Assembly: GCA_964511785.1 (NCBI GenBank)
Contig: CAZEIB010000001.1
Location: forward strand, 1-51,674
Origin: an uncultured Oscillospiraceae bacterium
Lineage (GTDB): Bacteria; Bacillota; Clostridia; Christensenellales; Aristaeellaceae
Length of the DNA stretch: 51,674 bases
Direction of reading: 5' to 3'
This document shows, piece after piece, positions 7,701-17,323 of the stretch; the first letter of the stretch is position 1, and the number at the start of each line of letters is the position of its first letter. Made by a program: the position numbers and the translations under genes. Below the pieces are notes generated by a model that saw only the letters and a program-made list of their open reading frames with translations, was not told the origin of the DNA and did not search any database.

Positions 7701-8414
7701 ATGAACAGAAAATCGTTTTTTAGTTTTCTACTGCTGGTTGCACTGCTTTTTTCCTTCACTGCCTTTAGTGAGAGCAGTCCTTTAAAAAGTTATAAAAATA
7801 ATGAAAATGCTTACCAATACGTTTCCTTTGGTATCTATCCACAAGCTCCTCACAGCCCGGCAACACCTTTACTTTGGCGGGTTCTTCAAGTAGAAGAAGG
7901 AAAAGCTCTTTTATTAAGCGAATTTATCTTAGGCAACGGGAGTATTCATTCTGATGCCAAAGAATATGAAGGTTTTCATGGGGAATGGAAAAAAACAGAC
8001 CTGTATCACTTTTTAAACCATGATTTTTTACACAGTGCTTTTATTGATAAAGAGCGAAGAATCCTCCACCTTGAGGAAGAGCTGGGGAAAATATTTTTAC
8101 TGTCCAGTGAAGATTTAAAAAATCCGGATTATGGTTTTACCTCTGACAAAGATCGTCAAGGCTACGGCAGTGAATATGCCGGGGAAAACGGCTTGTTTGT
8201 TTATTCTAAGGGTTCCAGTCCTTATTGGACCCGTACCCAGTCTACCACCCAATTATCCGGTACCCGCTGTACTAAGTCCAAAGGAAACATCGGTTATATT
8301 CGCTGTATCGTAGAAAATCTCGGTTGGCGGCCGGCAGTGTGGATTGATTTAGCAAAGATTGATATTCAATTGGGTAACGGAAGTTTAGAGGAGCCCTTTG
8401 TTTTAATTCCTTAA
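7701..8414 (+). CDS. secreted hypothetical protein (resembles DUF6273-type proteins)
   Basis: Signal peptide MNRKSFFSFLLLVALLF and RBS AAAGGAGG 7 nt upstream. The LLWRVLQVEEGKALLLSEFIL motif is typical of that family, from memory. Confidence 0.6.
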   Translation: MNRKSFFSFLLLVALLFSFTAFSESSPLKSYKNNENAYQYVSFGIYPQAPHSPATPLLWRVLQVEEGKALLLSEFILGNGSIHSDAKEYEGFHGEWKKTDLYHFLNHDFLHSAFIDKERRILHLEEELGKIFLLSSEDLKNPDYGFTSDKDRQGYGSEYAGENGLFVYSKGSSPYWTRTQSTTQLSGTRCTKSKGNIGYIRCIVENLGWRPAVWIDLAKIDIQLGNGSLEEPFVLIP

Positions 8415-8445
8415 TAGGTTTATTTGATTTATAGGAGGCCACTAT

Positions 8446-9462
8446 ATGGTTTCTTTCCGAAAAAAAGTTTTTTTCATTTTTCCTCTTATTCTTTTCTTTC
8501 TTCTTCCCTTTTCTTTGGTTCAAGGAGAAAATGAAGTATTGACCCTTATCCGTCCGGAAAAATTCCCTTCGTTGCCCCAAACCAATGAGCAAGGCTTTTT
8601 ACCTCAAGGAGAGTTTATACATGAAGATGAGGAAGAGGGCCTTTGGATTTACCTTTCTCCTACCCTTCATGTTGAAATTCAACGGGTTGTAGACCCTAAT
8701 AAACCTTTGGTTTGGTACGAGGCCAACATTTATAGCGACATTTCAAAGGGTGAAGTTTTTAAACATGTGCCAGAAAACTCGGAAAAATGGGGTAGAGGAA
8801 AACATGTAGAGGCTTCTCAAATTGCCGCCAATAACCAAGTAGTTTTTGCCATGAATAGCGATTATTATACCTATCGGGTTGCTCGAAAAACCCCGGTGGG
8901 GATTGTGATTAGGGATGGAAACATTATCAATGATAAAACCGTTCCTTCTCCCAGGCAAAGTTTCCCAAATTTGGATACCTTAGCCCTATATCCTAGCGGA
9001 GAAATGGAAGTATCCCTTTCTGACCAATACACTGCTCAAGAGTATGTAGATAAAGGGGCTTTAGATGTGATTTGCTTTGGTCCCATTCTTCTTCAAAATG
9101 GAAAAATTCCTAAAGACATTGCAGAATCTCGCTTCGGACAAAGTTTACAGCCCCGTTGTGCTATGGGCATGATAAAGCCGGGGCACTACTATGCAGTGCT
9201 TATGGAAGGGCGTTTACCTAAGGTATCCACCGGTGAAAATTTATTGTATTTGGCAACTTTAATGAAAAAAGGCGGCTGTGAAATAGCACTAAATATGGAT
9301 GGAGGGCAAACTGCTGTAATGGTATTTATGGGAAAGCAAATTACCCGTATTGGCGCCTATAGCGGTGGTAGAACCAGCCCTCGCACCACTACAGATGTAC
9401 TGGCCATCGGTACTTCCCAAAGGGTCCTTCCTTGGGAAAAACCGATACAAAAGAAAAAGTAA
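8446..9462 (+). CDS. secreted phosphodiester glycosidase family protein (NAGPA-like)
   Basis: Signal peptide, then a C-terminal NMDGGQTAVM motif resembling the DGGGS signature of the family. Confidence 0.6.
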   Translation: MVSFRKKVFFIFPLILFFLLPFSLVQGENEVLTLIRPEKFPSLPQTNEQGFLPQGEFIHEDEEEGLWIYLSPTLHVEIQRVVDPNKPLVWYEANIYSDISKGEVFKHVPENSEKWGRGKHVEASQIAANNQVVFAMNSDYYTYRVARKTPVGIVIRDGNIINDKTVPSPRQSFPNLDTLALYPSGEMEVSLSDQYTAQEYVDKGALDVICFGPILLQNGKIPKDIAESRFGQSLQPRCAMGMIKPGHYYAVLMEGRLPKVSTGENLLYLATLMKKGGCEIALNMDGGQTAVMVFMGKQITRIGAYSGGRTSPRTTTDVLAIGTSQRVLPWEKPIQKKK

Positions 9463-9486
9463 AAAAGAGCCTAGGCTCTTTTTTTA
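9462..9486. terminator. bidirectional terminator between convergent genes
   Basis: AAAAAGAGCCTAGGCTCTTTTT palindrome. Confidence 0.7.
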
Positions 9487-10608
9487 TTGTATCAACAAAT
9501 CTTTTTGAAGTTGTACTAATACTTCTAAAACTTTTTCTTGGTTTATTCGTTGATCAACAGGGATTTTACGCCAATTGATATGAATTAAATCTGCTTCAAT
9601 TAAATATTGCAAGTGATAGGTGACACTGGCACTGGTAATGGCTAAAGCCTTAGCCAGCTCTTTTGTACTGTTTACCCCTTGAGTAAGTAAAACCAGTAAT
9701 TCATAGCGAGTTCTATCTCCTAATACTTTAAATACCTCTGCCTGTTTTCGATGATCCATTTTCCGAACAAAGTTTAATAGCTTCATGGTTATTTTAATTA
9801 AATAACCTACCCCTATAAAAGGAGGGTTATTAGACATAAGGACTTGACTGGGAACCAGCATCGAAACCACTCGCACCTTATTGTTTTGGGCAACTTCCTT
9901 ATATATTTCTTTTCCCTTTAAAGAAAAGGAAATATCTAAAAAATTAATGTTTCGATTTAAGTTTTCTACCATCCAAAGGCCTGCTTTTTCTGCCTTCTTC
10001 ATCATTTTTTCTTGTTTTTCTAAAATAGGAACAAGGTTTTTGTGAAGACGGTAAAAACCCTTTAAACTTTCTAAGGGATTTATTAAAAATTGCAATATCC
10101 GCCAGCAATCTTCTTTGGGCAACTGGGTTTCCTCTAAAAACCCGCTCCATTTGGTCATATCTTGAGCTACTTGGTAGATATACTCTTTGGTTTTTTCAGA
10201 AACATCCTCTACTCTTATTTCTTCCATCTGCCGCCAAGCTTTTTCCAAAAGGTGAAAGCGTAAAGTATCTTCCTCTACTTTCATCAACTTTTCAAGCCAG
10301 GTGAAAAGGCTTTCTTCTTCAAAAAAATTACCTACCTTTTTAAAAGCATTATGTAAATCCATTTCAGTAAAAGCCTTGCCGTAATACTTTTCTATTTCTT
10401 TTCCATAAGGTTTTAAGGCTTGGCTCATTTCCTTTAGCCATAAGTTAGATGCTTCCACCTGATAAAGCTCTTCTTTTAAAGTTTTTTTCATCTGCTCTTT
10501 TTCAGAAAAACCTTCATGCTCCTGTAAATAGTCCTCTCCCCAATACAAGTGGGGAAAGTAAATTTGCTGATAAAGATTTGATCCTTTTTTGTCGTAATAA
10601 AACTCCAT
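9484..10608 (-). CDS. ArsR-family winged-HTH regulator with a ~290-aa N-terminal extension
   Basis: C-terminal LGDRTRYELLVLLTQGVNSTKELAKALAITSASVTYHLQYLIEADLI is a typical ArsR/SmtB HTH. The N-terminal helical domain is not recognised. Confidence 0.65.
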   Translation of the reverse strand: MEFYYDKKGSNLYQQIYFPHLYWGEDYLQEHEGFSEKEQMKKTLKEELYQVEASNLWLKEMSQALKPYGKEIEKYYGKAFTEMDLHNAFKKVGNFFEEESLFTWLEKLMKVEEDTLRFHLLEKAWRQMEEIRVEDVSEKTKEYIYQVAQDMTKWSGFLEETQLPKEDCWRILQFLINPLESLKGFYRLHKNLVPILEKQEKMMKKAEKAGLWMVENLNRNINFLDISFSLKGKEIYKEVAQNNKVRVVSMLVPSQVLMSNNPPFIGVGYLIKITMKLLNFVRKMDHRKQAEVFKVLGDRTRYELLVLLTQGVNSTKELAKALAITSASVTYHLQYLIEADLIHINWRKIPVDQRINQEKVLEVLVQLQKDLLIQ

Positions 10609-10674
10609 TTTTTCCTCTTTTTTATCTTTGATGATTTTATCATACCATAAGGACTACTAAAACTAAACTTCCCT

Positions 10675-11976
10675 TTAAGCTGCACTTTCTTTTTGTTGTT
10701 GCCCTTGTTCAATGGATTGGTGAACTTCTTCGGGAATTGATTTTACCAAACTTCTGGCCACCATGATAGAAAGAAGGCAACCCAGTAAAGATAAAATCAA
10801 AGGGCTTTCCACAGAAATTTTATCTGCCATGGTACCAAAAAGCATCTGCCCTAAAGGAATGGCCATGGTGGCCAACATTCCAATAATACTACTAATTCTG
10901 GACCAATACTCCTCTTGTACAATATAGGGAAAGGCAGCAGAAGTTAAAATATTAAGAACCGTGGCAAAGGTAATCATAATTCCCATTCCCAGCAGTACCA
11001 GCCCTATAACCAAAGCTTGTTGCCAGTGGAATAGGGTAAAAGAAACAATTCCCCCTAACATAGCCAAAACCCCAAGGCTAATGCCTGCAAAACCTTTAGG
11101 AATTAAACGAAACACACTCATTTTTTTTACAAAAGGAAGAAGCAATAAAGGTACAGATACAGAAAAAGCCGCCATGATGCTGTTTACAAAGCTATATTGT
11201 ATTTCGCTAATCCCCATTACCTCTAAAAGGAAATAATTTAACACAATGGTAATAGGAGAAATAAAAAAGTTTAACATAAGGGCGCTTAAAGCAAACCTCA
11301 GCATTACTTTGTTTTCTTTTAAGGCTTTTATCCCTTGGGTAAAATCTTTAATAGGAGTGGTTTTTTGTTTTTCAGCTCGTTCTTTTTTGGCTGTTTTATC
11401 TTTTTCAAGGTTAATACCCAATTTCAATCCTACAGAAAGGATAAAAAATCCCCCTGCTACTAAACAACTTCCCGTTACCCCTAAAGCGGTGTATAAAAGT
11501 GCCCCTAATACAGGAGTTAAAACCCCTACAATTCCGTCATCTACAGTAGACAAAGCATTGGCTTCTTTCAATAGCTCTTTAGGTACAATGGTAGGCACCA
11601 TACGGGCAGAAGGCCCACTGTATAAGGTTTCTACCCCTTCAAGGGCAATCACCAGTGCATAAATACCCACAAGTTTTAGTTGTCCTCCTAATAAGCCAAA
11701 AATACCATAGCCAAGAAGTAACCCTCCTGAAATAAGGCCTAAAACAATTAAGGTTGGTTTAATGGGCCAGCGGTCCCCTACTACACCTGCGATAGGGCTA
11801 AGGAAAAGCCTTGGTAAAAAAGTAATGGCCAGCATAGAGGCAAACAATGTTGCTGAACCTGTAAGGTTTAATACATATAAAGATAATACGAACTGTACCA
11901 AGTTACTAGCCGCCATAGAAAAAGTAGTAGAAAACCAATAAAGCATGTAATCCCTATTTTTTAGTAATTGTTTCAT
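10675..11976 (-). CDS. MFS transporter
   Basis: About 12 predicted TM helices and an MFS-like loop GVVGDRWPIKP. Start placed at the MKQLLKN ATG, which has a GAGGA RBS. Confidence 0.8.
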   Translation of the reverse strand: MKQLLKNRDYMLYWFSTTFSMAASNLVQFVLSLYVLNLTGSATLFASMLAITFLPRLFLSPIAGVVGDRWPIKPTLIVLGLISGGLLLGYGIFGLLGGQLKLVGIYALVIALEGVETLYSGPSARMVPTIVPKELLKEANALSTVDDGIVGVLTPVLGALLYTALGVTGSCLVAGGFFILSVGLKLGINLEKDKTAKKERAEKQKTTPIKDFTQGIKALKENKVMLRFALSALMLNFFISPITIVLNYFLLEVMGISEIQYSFVNSIMAAFSVSVPLLLLPFVKKMSVFRLIPKGFAGISLGVLAMLGGIVSFTLFHWQQALVIGLVLLGMGIMITFATVLNILTSAAFPYIVQEEYWSRISSIIGMLATMAIPLGQMLFGTMADKISVESPLILSLLGCLLSIMVARSLVKSIPEEVHQSIEQGQQQKESAA

Positions 11977-12032
11977 TTTTTTCCTCACTTGTTGATAATG
12001 GCATCAGTATACCTTTTGGATAATTAGTTGTC

Positions 12033-12068
12033 AATATAAAAATTAGATAAACATCTAATTTTTATATT
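12033..12068. promoter_or_regulatory. 36-bp perfect palindrome (16-bp arms, 4-bp spacer); candidate operator
   Basis: AATATAAAAATTAGAT-aaac-ATCTAATTTTTATATT. On the minus strand it abuts and overlaps the -35 of TTGACA-17-TATACT, the promoter of the MFS/ArsR operon. Confidence 0.6.
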
Positions 12069-12128
12069 TTGCCTTTTCCCTTTTATTCCTTTATACTTCT
12101 TCTATTAAAAGAAAAAGAGCAAAAGAAA

Positions 12129-12452
12129 ATGAAAGAAATTTTTTATCAAAAATTGGTTCGGGATAATATTCCCGAACTCATAAAAGAACAAAAAGAAATC
12201 CCTGTCACTAAAATTTTAAAGGACAGGGATTATTGGCAGGCTTTAAAAAACAAACTACAAGAAGAAGTCACAGAGTTTAATAAAGATGAAACTTTAGAAG
12301 AGCTGGTAGATATTTTGGAAGTGATTTATGCCCTTACCAAAGTCAAAGGTTACTCTCTTTGCGCTTTAGAAGAGTGCCGTGAGAAAAAAGCCCAAGAGAA
12401 AGGAACTTTTGTTAAAAGAATTTATTTAGAAAAAAAGCTTATTCAACCATAG
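12129..12452 (+). CDS. MazG-like / phosphoribosyl-ATP pyrophosphohydrolase-like NTP pyrophosphohydrolase
   Basis: 107 aa. The N-terminus KLVRDNIPELI and the acidic helix EELVDILEV are typical of all-alpha NTP-PPases. Confidence 0.6.
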   Translation: MKEIFYQKLVRDNIPELIKEQKEIPVTKILKDRDYWQALKNKLQEEVTEFNKDETLEELVDILEVIYALTKVKGYSLCALEECREKKAQEKGTFVKRIYLEKKLIQP

Positions 12453-13062
12453 TATAGCCCATTTTTTTAAAAGCTTCTATAAAAAAATATTGATATTCTT
12501 TGGCAGCTCCCCCAGGGAAAAAAGCAGGCCTGTCAAAGTAATATTTTCCGCTACTCATATCAATAGAAAGGCTATCTATTGGGTAACCTTTTCTTCTTTT
12601 TTCATGAGCAATGGCACTTATGATAAAAGGTTCTCCCGATAAATTCGGTTCCATGGAAGAATATACATGTTCCTGATCCATGACTAAACAAATAGCATTA
12701 TGGTACCGGGCAATTTTTTTGGCTATGTTGCTATAATAGGCAATCATTTCCTCATCGGTTAAAACTTCCCTGTTTATTCGCCTTACATGTACCCCTGGTT
12801 GAAGGTTTTCTTTAAGGCCTTGTATAAATAGTCCTGAATCGCAAGAAAACACAGGACATTTTAGTAGGTTGTAGTAAGTCGTTGCTTTTTCAATAGCATT
12901 ATCAAGAGGGTTTTTCCCTACTTCTTTAACAGTGGGTAAAGGGTTTAAATAAGTAATAATCCCTTCAATCACCAAAGGTAGAGGCTCAATCATTTTTCTC
13001 ATATGGGCAACCTTACTTTGATTCCCTGTACCGTATATTAATGTAAAGGCCTTTCCTTTCAT
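12439..13062 (-). CDS. Ham1/RdgB-like non-canonical purine NTP pyrophosphatase family protein
   Basis: YGTGNQSKV near the N-terminus, NPLDNAIEKA, and CDSGLFIQGL...PGVHVRR match ITPase family motifs (TGNxxK, NAxxKA, DSGL). Confidence 0.6.
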   Translation of the reverse strand: MKGKAFTLIYGTGNQSKVAHMRKMIEPLPLVIEGIITYLNPLPTVKEVGKNPLDNAIEKATTYYNLLKCPVFSCDSGLFIQGLKENLQPGVHVRRINREVLTDEEMIAYYSNIAKKIARYHNAICLVMDQEHVYSSMEPNLSGEPFIISAIAHEKRRKGYPIDSLSIDMSSGKYYFDRPAFFPGGAAKEYQYFFIEAFKKMGYTMVE

Positions 13063-13703
13063 TGTTCCTCCATCATTCTAAGCAATTCTAAGGGAGTATG
13101 AATAATTTTTTTTGCACCGTTTTCTTCCAATTCTTCTTGGGTTCTAAAACCCCAAGCAGCTCCTACTGGAAACATTTTTGCCCTATTCGCACAAATCATA
13201 TCTACTCCGGAATCCCCCACATAAATCATTTTTTCAGGGCTGATTTCCATTTCTTCCGCTACTAACCACGCCCCTTTAGGATTGGGTTTTACCGGAACCT
13301 CTTTTGTTTGACCACGAACTGCTTTAAAGGGAATATTGGGGAAAAAATGCTCTACAATTGCTATAGTGTCTTGATGGGGTTTATTCGAAAAAACACCTAA
13401 TGAAAATCCTTTTTCTTTTAATGTTTTAAGAGTTTCCATCACCCCCTCATAAGGTGCCGTTTTTACCAAATTATTTTCCTTATAGTCTTTCATATAAAGC
13501 TTAAACACTTCTTGAAAAAGCTCTTCTTTTTTTCCAACAGCTCTAAGGGCAAGTTTTTCAGCGCCATTGCCTACAAAATATTTATAAGCTTCTACTGGGT
13601 GAATAGGTAGTTTATAGGCCTCAAGGGCTCGGTTCATACTATTTGCAATATCCTCTAAGGAATTAATTAACGTTCCATCTAAATCAAAAATAAAGCCTTC
13701 CAT
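13059..13703 (-). CDS. HAD-superfamily phosphatase (phosphoglycolate-phosphatase-like)
   Basis: DLDGTL motif I at the N-terminus (MEGFIFDLDGTLINS), a later GDSGVD motif, and RBS AAGGAGAAGG. Confidence 0.8.
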   Translation of the reverse strand: MEGFIFDLDGTLINSLEDIANSMNRALEAYKLPIHPVEAYKYFVGNGAEKLALRAVGKKEELFQEVFKLYMKDYKENNLVKTAPYEGVMETLKTLKEKGFSLGVFSNKPHQDTIAIVEHFFPNIPFKAVRGQTKEVPVKPNPKGAWLVAEEMEISPEKMIYVGDSGVDMICANRAKMFPVGAAWGFRTQEELEENGAKKIIHTPLELLRMMEEQ

Positions 13704-13861
13704 TTTCCTTCTCCTTTTGTCTTTTAATGCAAATAGTATACCTTTTTCTAAAACAGATAACAACAAAGCCTTTGATTATGGTATGATGAAAAGGCCCTTT
13801 TGGTAAACTCTTTATCTATTTAAGGGCTGTCTTTAGCTATTTTATATCAAAGGAGCTTTAT

Positions 13862-14941
13862 GTGAAAAAAAATATATTATTAACTGGCGGCGGCACTGCC
13901 GGCCACGTAAGTCCCCACTTTGCCTTAATTCCTCTATTACAAGATGCAGGCTACACCGTTCATTACATGGGTAGTAAAAAAGGCATTGAGTATGAGCTTA
14001 TTTCTCAAAATTCAAGTATTGTGTTTCACCCAATACAAAGTGGCAAACTTCGTAGGTACTTAAGTTTTCAAAACTTTACAGATATTTTTCGTATTATTGC
14101 AGGGGTTTTTCAAGGTGCTTGGAAAATTTTTACCATTAAACCTACTTTGCTCTTTAGCAAAGGAGGCTTTGTATCGGTACCGGCAGTCATGGGGGCTTGG
14201 GTTAACCGAGTACCTGTATTACTTCACGAAAGTGATATGACCCCGGGGTTAGCCAACAAATTAAGTTTGCCTTTTGCAAAAAAAATAGCCACTACTTTTC
14301 CTGAATGTGCCCAAATCATTGGCGAAAAAGCCATTGTGACAGGCACCCCTCTACGAGCCAGCTTGTTTACTGGCATAAAAGAAGAAGGTTTGGCTTTTGC
14401 CGGTTTTTCAGGAAAAAAACCGGTGCTCTTAGTTACCGGTGGAAGCTCCGGCGCCCAGCGAATCAATGAAGTATTAAGAGAATCCCTCCCTGATCTTTTG
14501 ATCGACTATGATGTTTTTCACCTATGCGGAAAGGGAAATTTAGATAGAAGCCTTCAAAATACCCAAGGCTATGTACAAAAAGAGTTTATTTCTAAAGAGC
14601 TTCCCCATGTGTTTGCCATGGCAGACTTAGTCGTTTCGAGGGCAGGCAGTAATGCCATTACAGAATTACAAGCACTGGAAAAACCCATGCTCTTAATTCC
14701 CTACCCCAAAGCTCAAACCAGCAGAGGGGATCAAATGATAAATGCCGAAAATTATTATAAGCGTGGTTTAGCCCATGTTCTTTGGCAAGAGGGTTTAACC
14801 AAAGAAACCTTTCTTACTGCCATTAAACAACTTTACCTCCATAGAGAAGCTTTAATTGCCCAATTAAAAGCAGCCCCTGCGGCCAATGGTACTCAAAAGA
14901 TTTTTGATTTAATACAAGCTTTAGAAAAAAAGAAAAAATAA
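13862..14941 (+). CDS. murG: UDP-N-acetylglucosamine--N-acetylmuramyl-(pentapeptide)-pyrophosphoryl-undecaprenol GlcNAc transferase
   Basis: GGGTAGHVSP and TGGSSGAQRIN motifs, GTG start with AAGGAG RBS, 359 aa. Confidence 0.9.
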   Translation: MKKNILLTGGGTAGHVSPHFALIPLLQDAGYTVHYMGSKKGIEYELISQNSSIVFHPIQSGKLRRYLSFQNFTDIFRIIAGVFQGAWKIFTIKPTLLFSKGGFVSVPAVMGAWVNRVPVLLHESDMTPGLANKLSLPFAKKIATTFPECAQIIGEKAIVTGTPLRASLFTGIKEEGLAFAGFSGKKPVLLVTGGSSGAQRINEVLRESLPDLLIDYDVFHLCGKGNLDRSLQNTQGYVQKEFISKELPHVFAMADLVVSRAGSNAITELQALEKPMLLIPYPKAQTSRGDQMINAENYYKRGLAHVLWQEGLTKETFLTAIKQLYLHREALIAQLKAAPAANGTQKIFDLIQALEKKKK

Positions 14942-14961
14942 CTTGCTGAAGTTGGAGGAAT

Positions 14962-16341
14962 ATGATGGCCTTATTTACTAGAGACCGTTTTTTTTATCGC
15001 AGTTTTATTAAGTTGCTGGCTTTTGTAGCACTTCAAAACATTTTAATCTACAGTGTCAACTTGGCAGACACTTTAATGCTTGGAGCCTTTAGCCAAAACA
15101 GCCTGTCAGGAGCCGCTTTAGCTAACCAAGTACAATTTTTGCTGCAAATGATTGTAAATGGTATTGCCGATGGTTTGTTGGTATTGGCTACCCAATATTG
15201 GGGAACCAAGCGAACAGGTCCTATTAAAAAGGTAGTGGCTTCTGCCCTTCGCTACGGCGCTCCTTTCGTGCTGGTATTTTTTATAGGTTGTTTATTTTTT
15301 CCAAGCCAAATTATTGGTGTTTTCACTACAGATCCTTCTGTTATTTTTCAAGGAGCACAGTATTTGCGTATTTTATCTTTCACTTTTCCTTTTTTCTTTT
15401 TAACCAATATTTTTATTTCTACCCAAAGAAGTGTAGAAAACGTAGGTTTTGGTATGTGGTTATCCATTGCTGCTTTGGTAGTAAACGTTACCTTAAATGC
15501 TGTGCTCATTTTTGGTTTACTGGGCTTTCCTCCTATGGGGGCTAAAGGAGCCGCCATTGCTACCTTAATTGCCAGAATTGTAGAGTTTTTCGTAGGACTT
15601 GGCTACCTGCTAAAAAAAGATCCTCATCTTAAAATGAAAGTAAAAGACTTTTTCACCATTGATAAAATTCTTCATAAAGATTTTATGAAAATTTCCACTC
15701 CAGTGGTATTGTCAGGTGCCAGCTGGGGCATTGCCATGTCTGTCCAAACCATGATTTTAGGCCGTATGGGCTCTAATGTAGTAAGTGCCAATGCCATTGC
15801 AACAGCAGTGTTTCAAGTTTGTACCGTTATTGCCTATGGAGGTGCCAGTGCCGCAGGGATTATTATTGGTAAAACTGTTGGACAGGGAGATGTTGCTAAA
15901 ACCAAAGAGTATACCAAAACTTTACAAATTTTATTTGTTTTGCTAGGCCTTCTTACCAGCGCATTCATTCTTCTTTTTAAAAACCCCATTATTCATTTTT
16001 ACCAAAATTTTAGCGATTTTACCCCCCAGGCCTTAACCCTGGCAAATGGGTTTATTACCGTACTTTCTATTACTGCTATTGGTACGGCTTACCAGGTAGC
16101 CTGTTTAACAGGCATTGTACGTAGTGGGGGGAATACCAAGTTTGTGTTTTATAATGACCTAATTTTTATGTGGGGATTGGTTCTACCCAGTGCTCTACTT
16201 GCTGCTTTTGTTTTTCATTGGTCTCCTATGGTCATTTTTGTCATTTTAAAATCCGATCAAATTTTAAAGTGCTTTGTTGCCCTTGTATACGTAAACAGTT
16301 ATAAGTGGATTAAAAAATTAACCCGAGTTGACATAGCCTAA
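14962..16341 (+). CDS. MATE family efflux transporter
   Basis: 459 aa, 12 TM helices, typical MATE N-terminus (LMLGAFSQNSLSGAALANQV). Confidence 0.85.
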   Translation: MMALFTRDRFFYRSFIKLLAFVALQNILIYSVNLADTLMLGAFSQNSLSGAALANQVQFLLQMIVNGIADGLLVLATQYWGTKRTGPIKKVVASALRYGAPFVLVFFIGCLFFPSQIIGVFTTDPSVIFQGAQYLRILSFTFPFFFLTNIFISTQRSVENVGFGMWLSIAALVVNVTLNAVLIFGLLGFPPMGAKGAAIATLIARIVEFFVGLGYLLKKDPHLKMKVKDFFTIDKILHKDFMKISTPVVLSGASWGIAMSVQTMILGRMGSNVVSANAIATAVFQVCTVIAYGGASAAGIIIGKTVGQGDVAKTKEYTKTLQILFVLLGLLTSAFILLFKNPIIHFYQNFSDFTPQALTLANGFITVLSITAIGTAYQVACLTGIVRSGGNTKFVFYNDLIFMWGLVLPSALLAAFVFHWSPMVIFVILKSDQILKCFVALVYVNSYKWIKKLTRVDIA

Positions 16342-16364
16342 TGTTGTTAAAAGGAGGTTCCCTT

Positions 16365-17291
16365 ATGTTTTATTCTTTTCTTTCTGCTTCTACTTCTTCC
16401 CCCTCTACGGGAGATGCCATTAAGGAATTGATTGATGACGCTGTAGAAGGAACTCAAAAAATCATTTTTCTTCCCCCTTGGCTTATTCGCATAGGTATTG
16501 TTTTTCTAGCCTTAATTTTAAGTTTTTTCCTCCTTCGTATGGGAAGAAAAGCTTTACGAAATTTTATTGTAAACCCTAGCAGAAACCCCAATAGAAACGA
16601 TAAACGTACCTTAGGTCAAAAAGAGACCTTCGCCTCCTTAGCTACCAATATTTTTAGCTATCTCATGTATTTTATTATTGCTACTATTATCCTTAGTATG
16701 TTAGGCATTAATATTTCCTCTATTTTGGCTATTGCAGGAGTAAGTGGGGTAGCCATTGGTTTTGGTGCCCAAACCTTGGTAAAGGATATTATTTCAGGGG
16801 TGTTTTTATGGTCTGAAGGAAATGTAACTGTTGGAGAAAAAATTACTGTAAACAATATGCATGGAGTGGTAGAGGCCGTGACCCTACGCACCACTAAAAT
16901 ACGAGATTTTAACGGCAATTTATATGTGGTGCCCAATGGGGATATCCGCACCGTCATCAACACCAGCAGAGATTTTAAAAGAGCCATTATTGATATGCGT
17001 TTAAGCTATGAGGAAGACTTAAATTATATGCTTGATATTATAGAGCAAGAGTTGGTCTTGGCAGATAAGCAACTGGATTATATTTTAGAAACCCCTACTA
17101 TTATGGGGATAAACGCCATACAAAGTGACTGCATTATTTTACGCATTTCTGCTCTTTGTGAGGAAACCGCCTATAATGCTGTTGAACGAGAGATCAGGAA
17201 GCGGCTTTTATTGCGCTTTAAAGAAGAAAATATTATTGTGCCCCATGCCCCGGCTATTGCTACACCACGGCTGGATGCCTTAGAAAAATAA
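16365..17291 (+). CDS. small-conductance mechanosensitive channel (MscS family)
   Basis: GVSGVAIGFGAQTLVKDIISGVF pore-helix motif followed by a beta domain. Start placed at the ATG 7 nt after AAGGAGG. Confidence 0.85.
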   Translation: MFYSFLSASTSSPSTGDAIKELIDDAVEGTQKIIFLPPWLIRIGIVFLALILSFFLLRMGRKALRNFIVNPSRNPNRNDKRTLGQKETFASLATNIFSYLMYFIIATIILSMLGINISSILAIAGVSGVAIGFGAQTLVKDIISGVFLWSEGNVTVGEKITVNNMHGVVEAVTLRTTKIRDFNGNLYVVPNGDIRTVINTSRDFKRAIIDMRLSYEEDLNYMLDIIEQELVLADKQLDYILETPTIMGINAIQSDCIILRISALCEETAYNAVEREIRKRLLLRFKEENIIVPHAPAIATPRLDALEK

Positions 17292-17323
17292 AAAACCCGG
17301 AAGAGAATCTCTTCCGGGTTTTT
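17291..17323. terminator. bidirectional terminator
   Basis: AAAAACCCGGAAGAGAATCTCTTCCGGGTTTTT. Confidence 0.8.
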
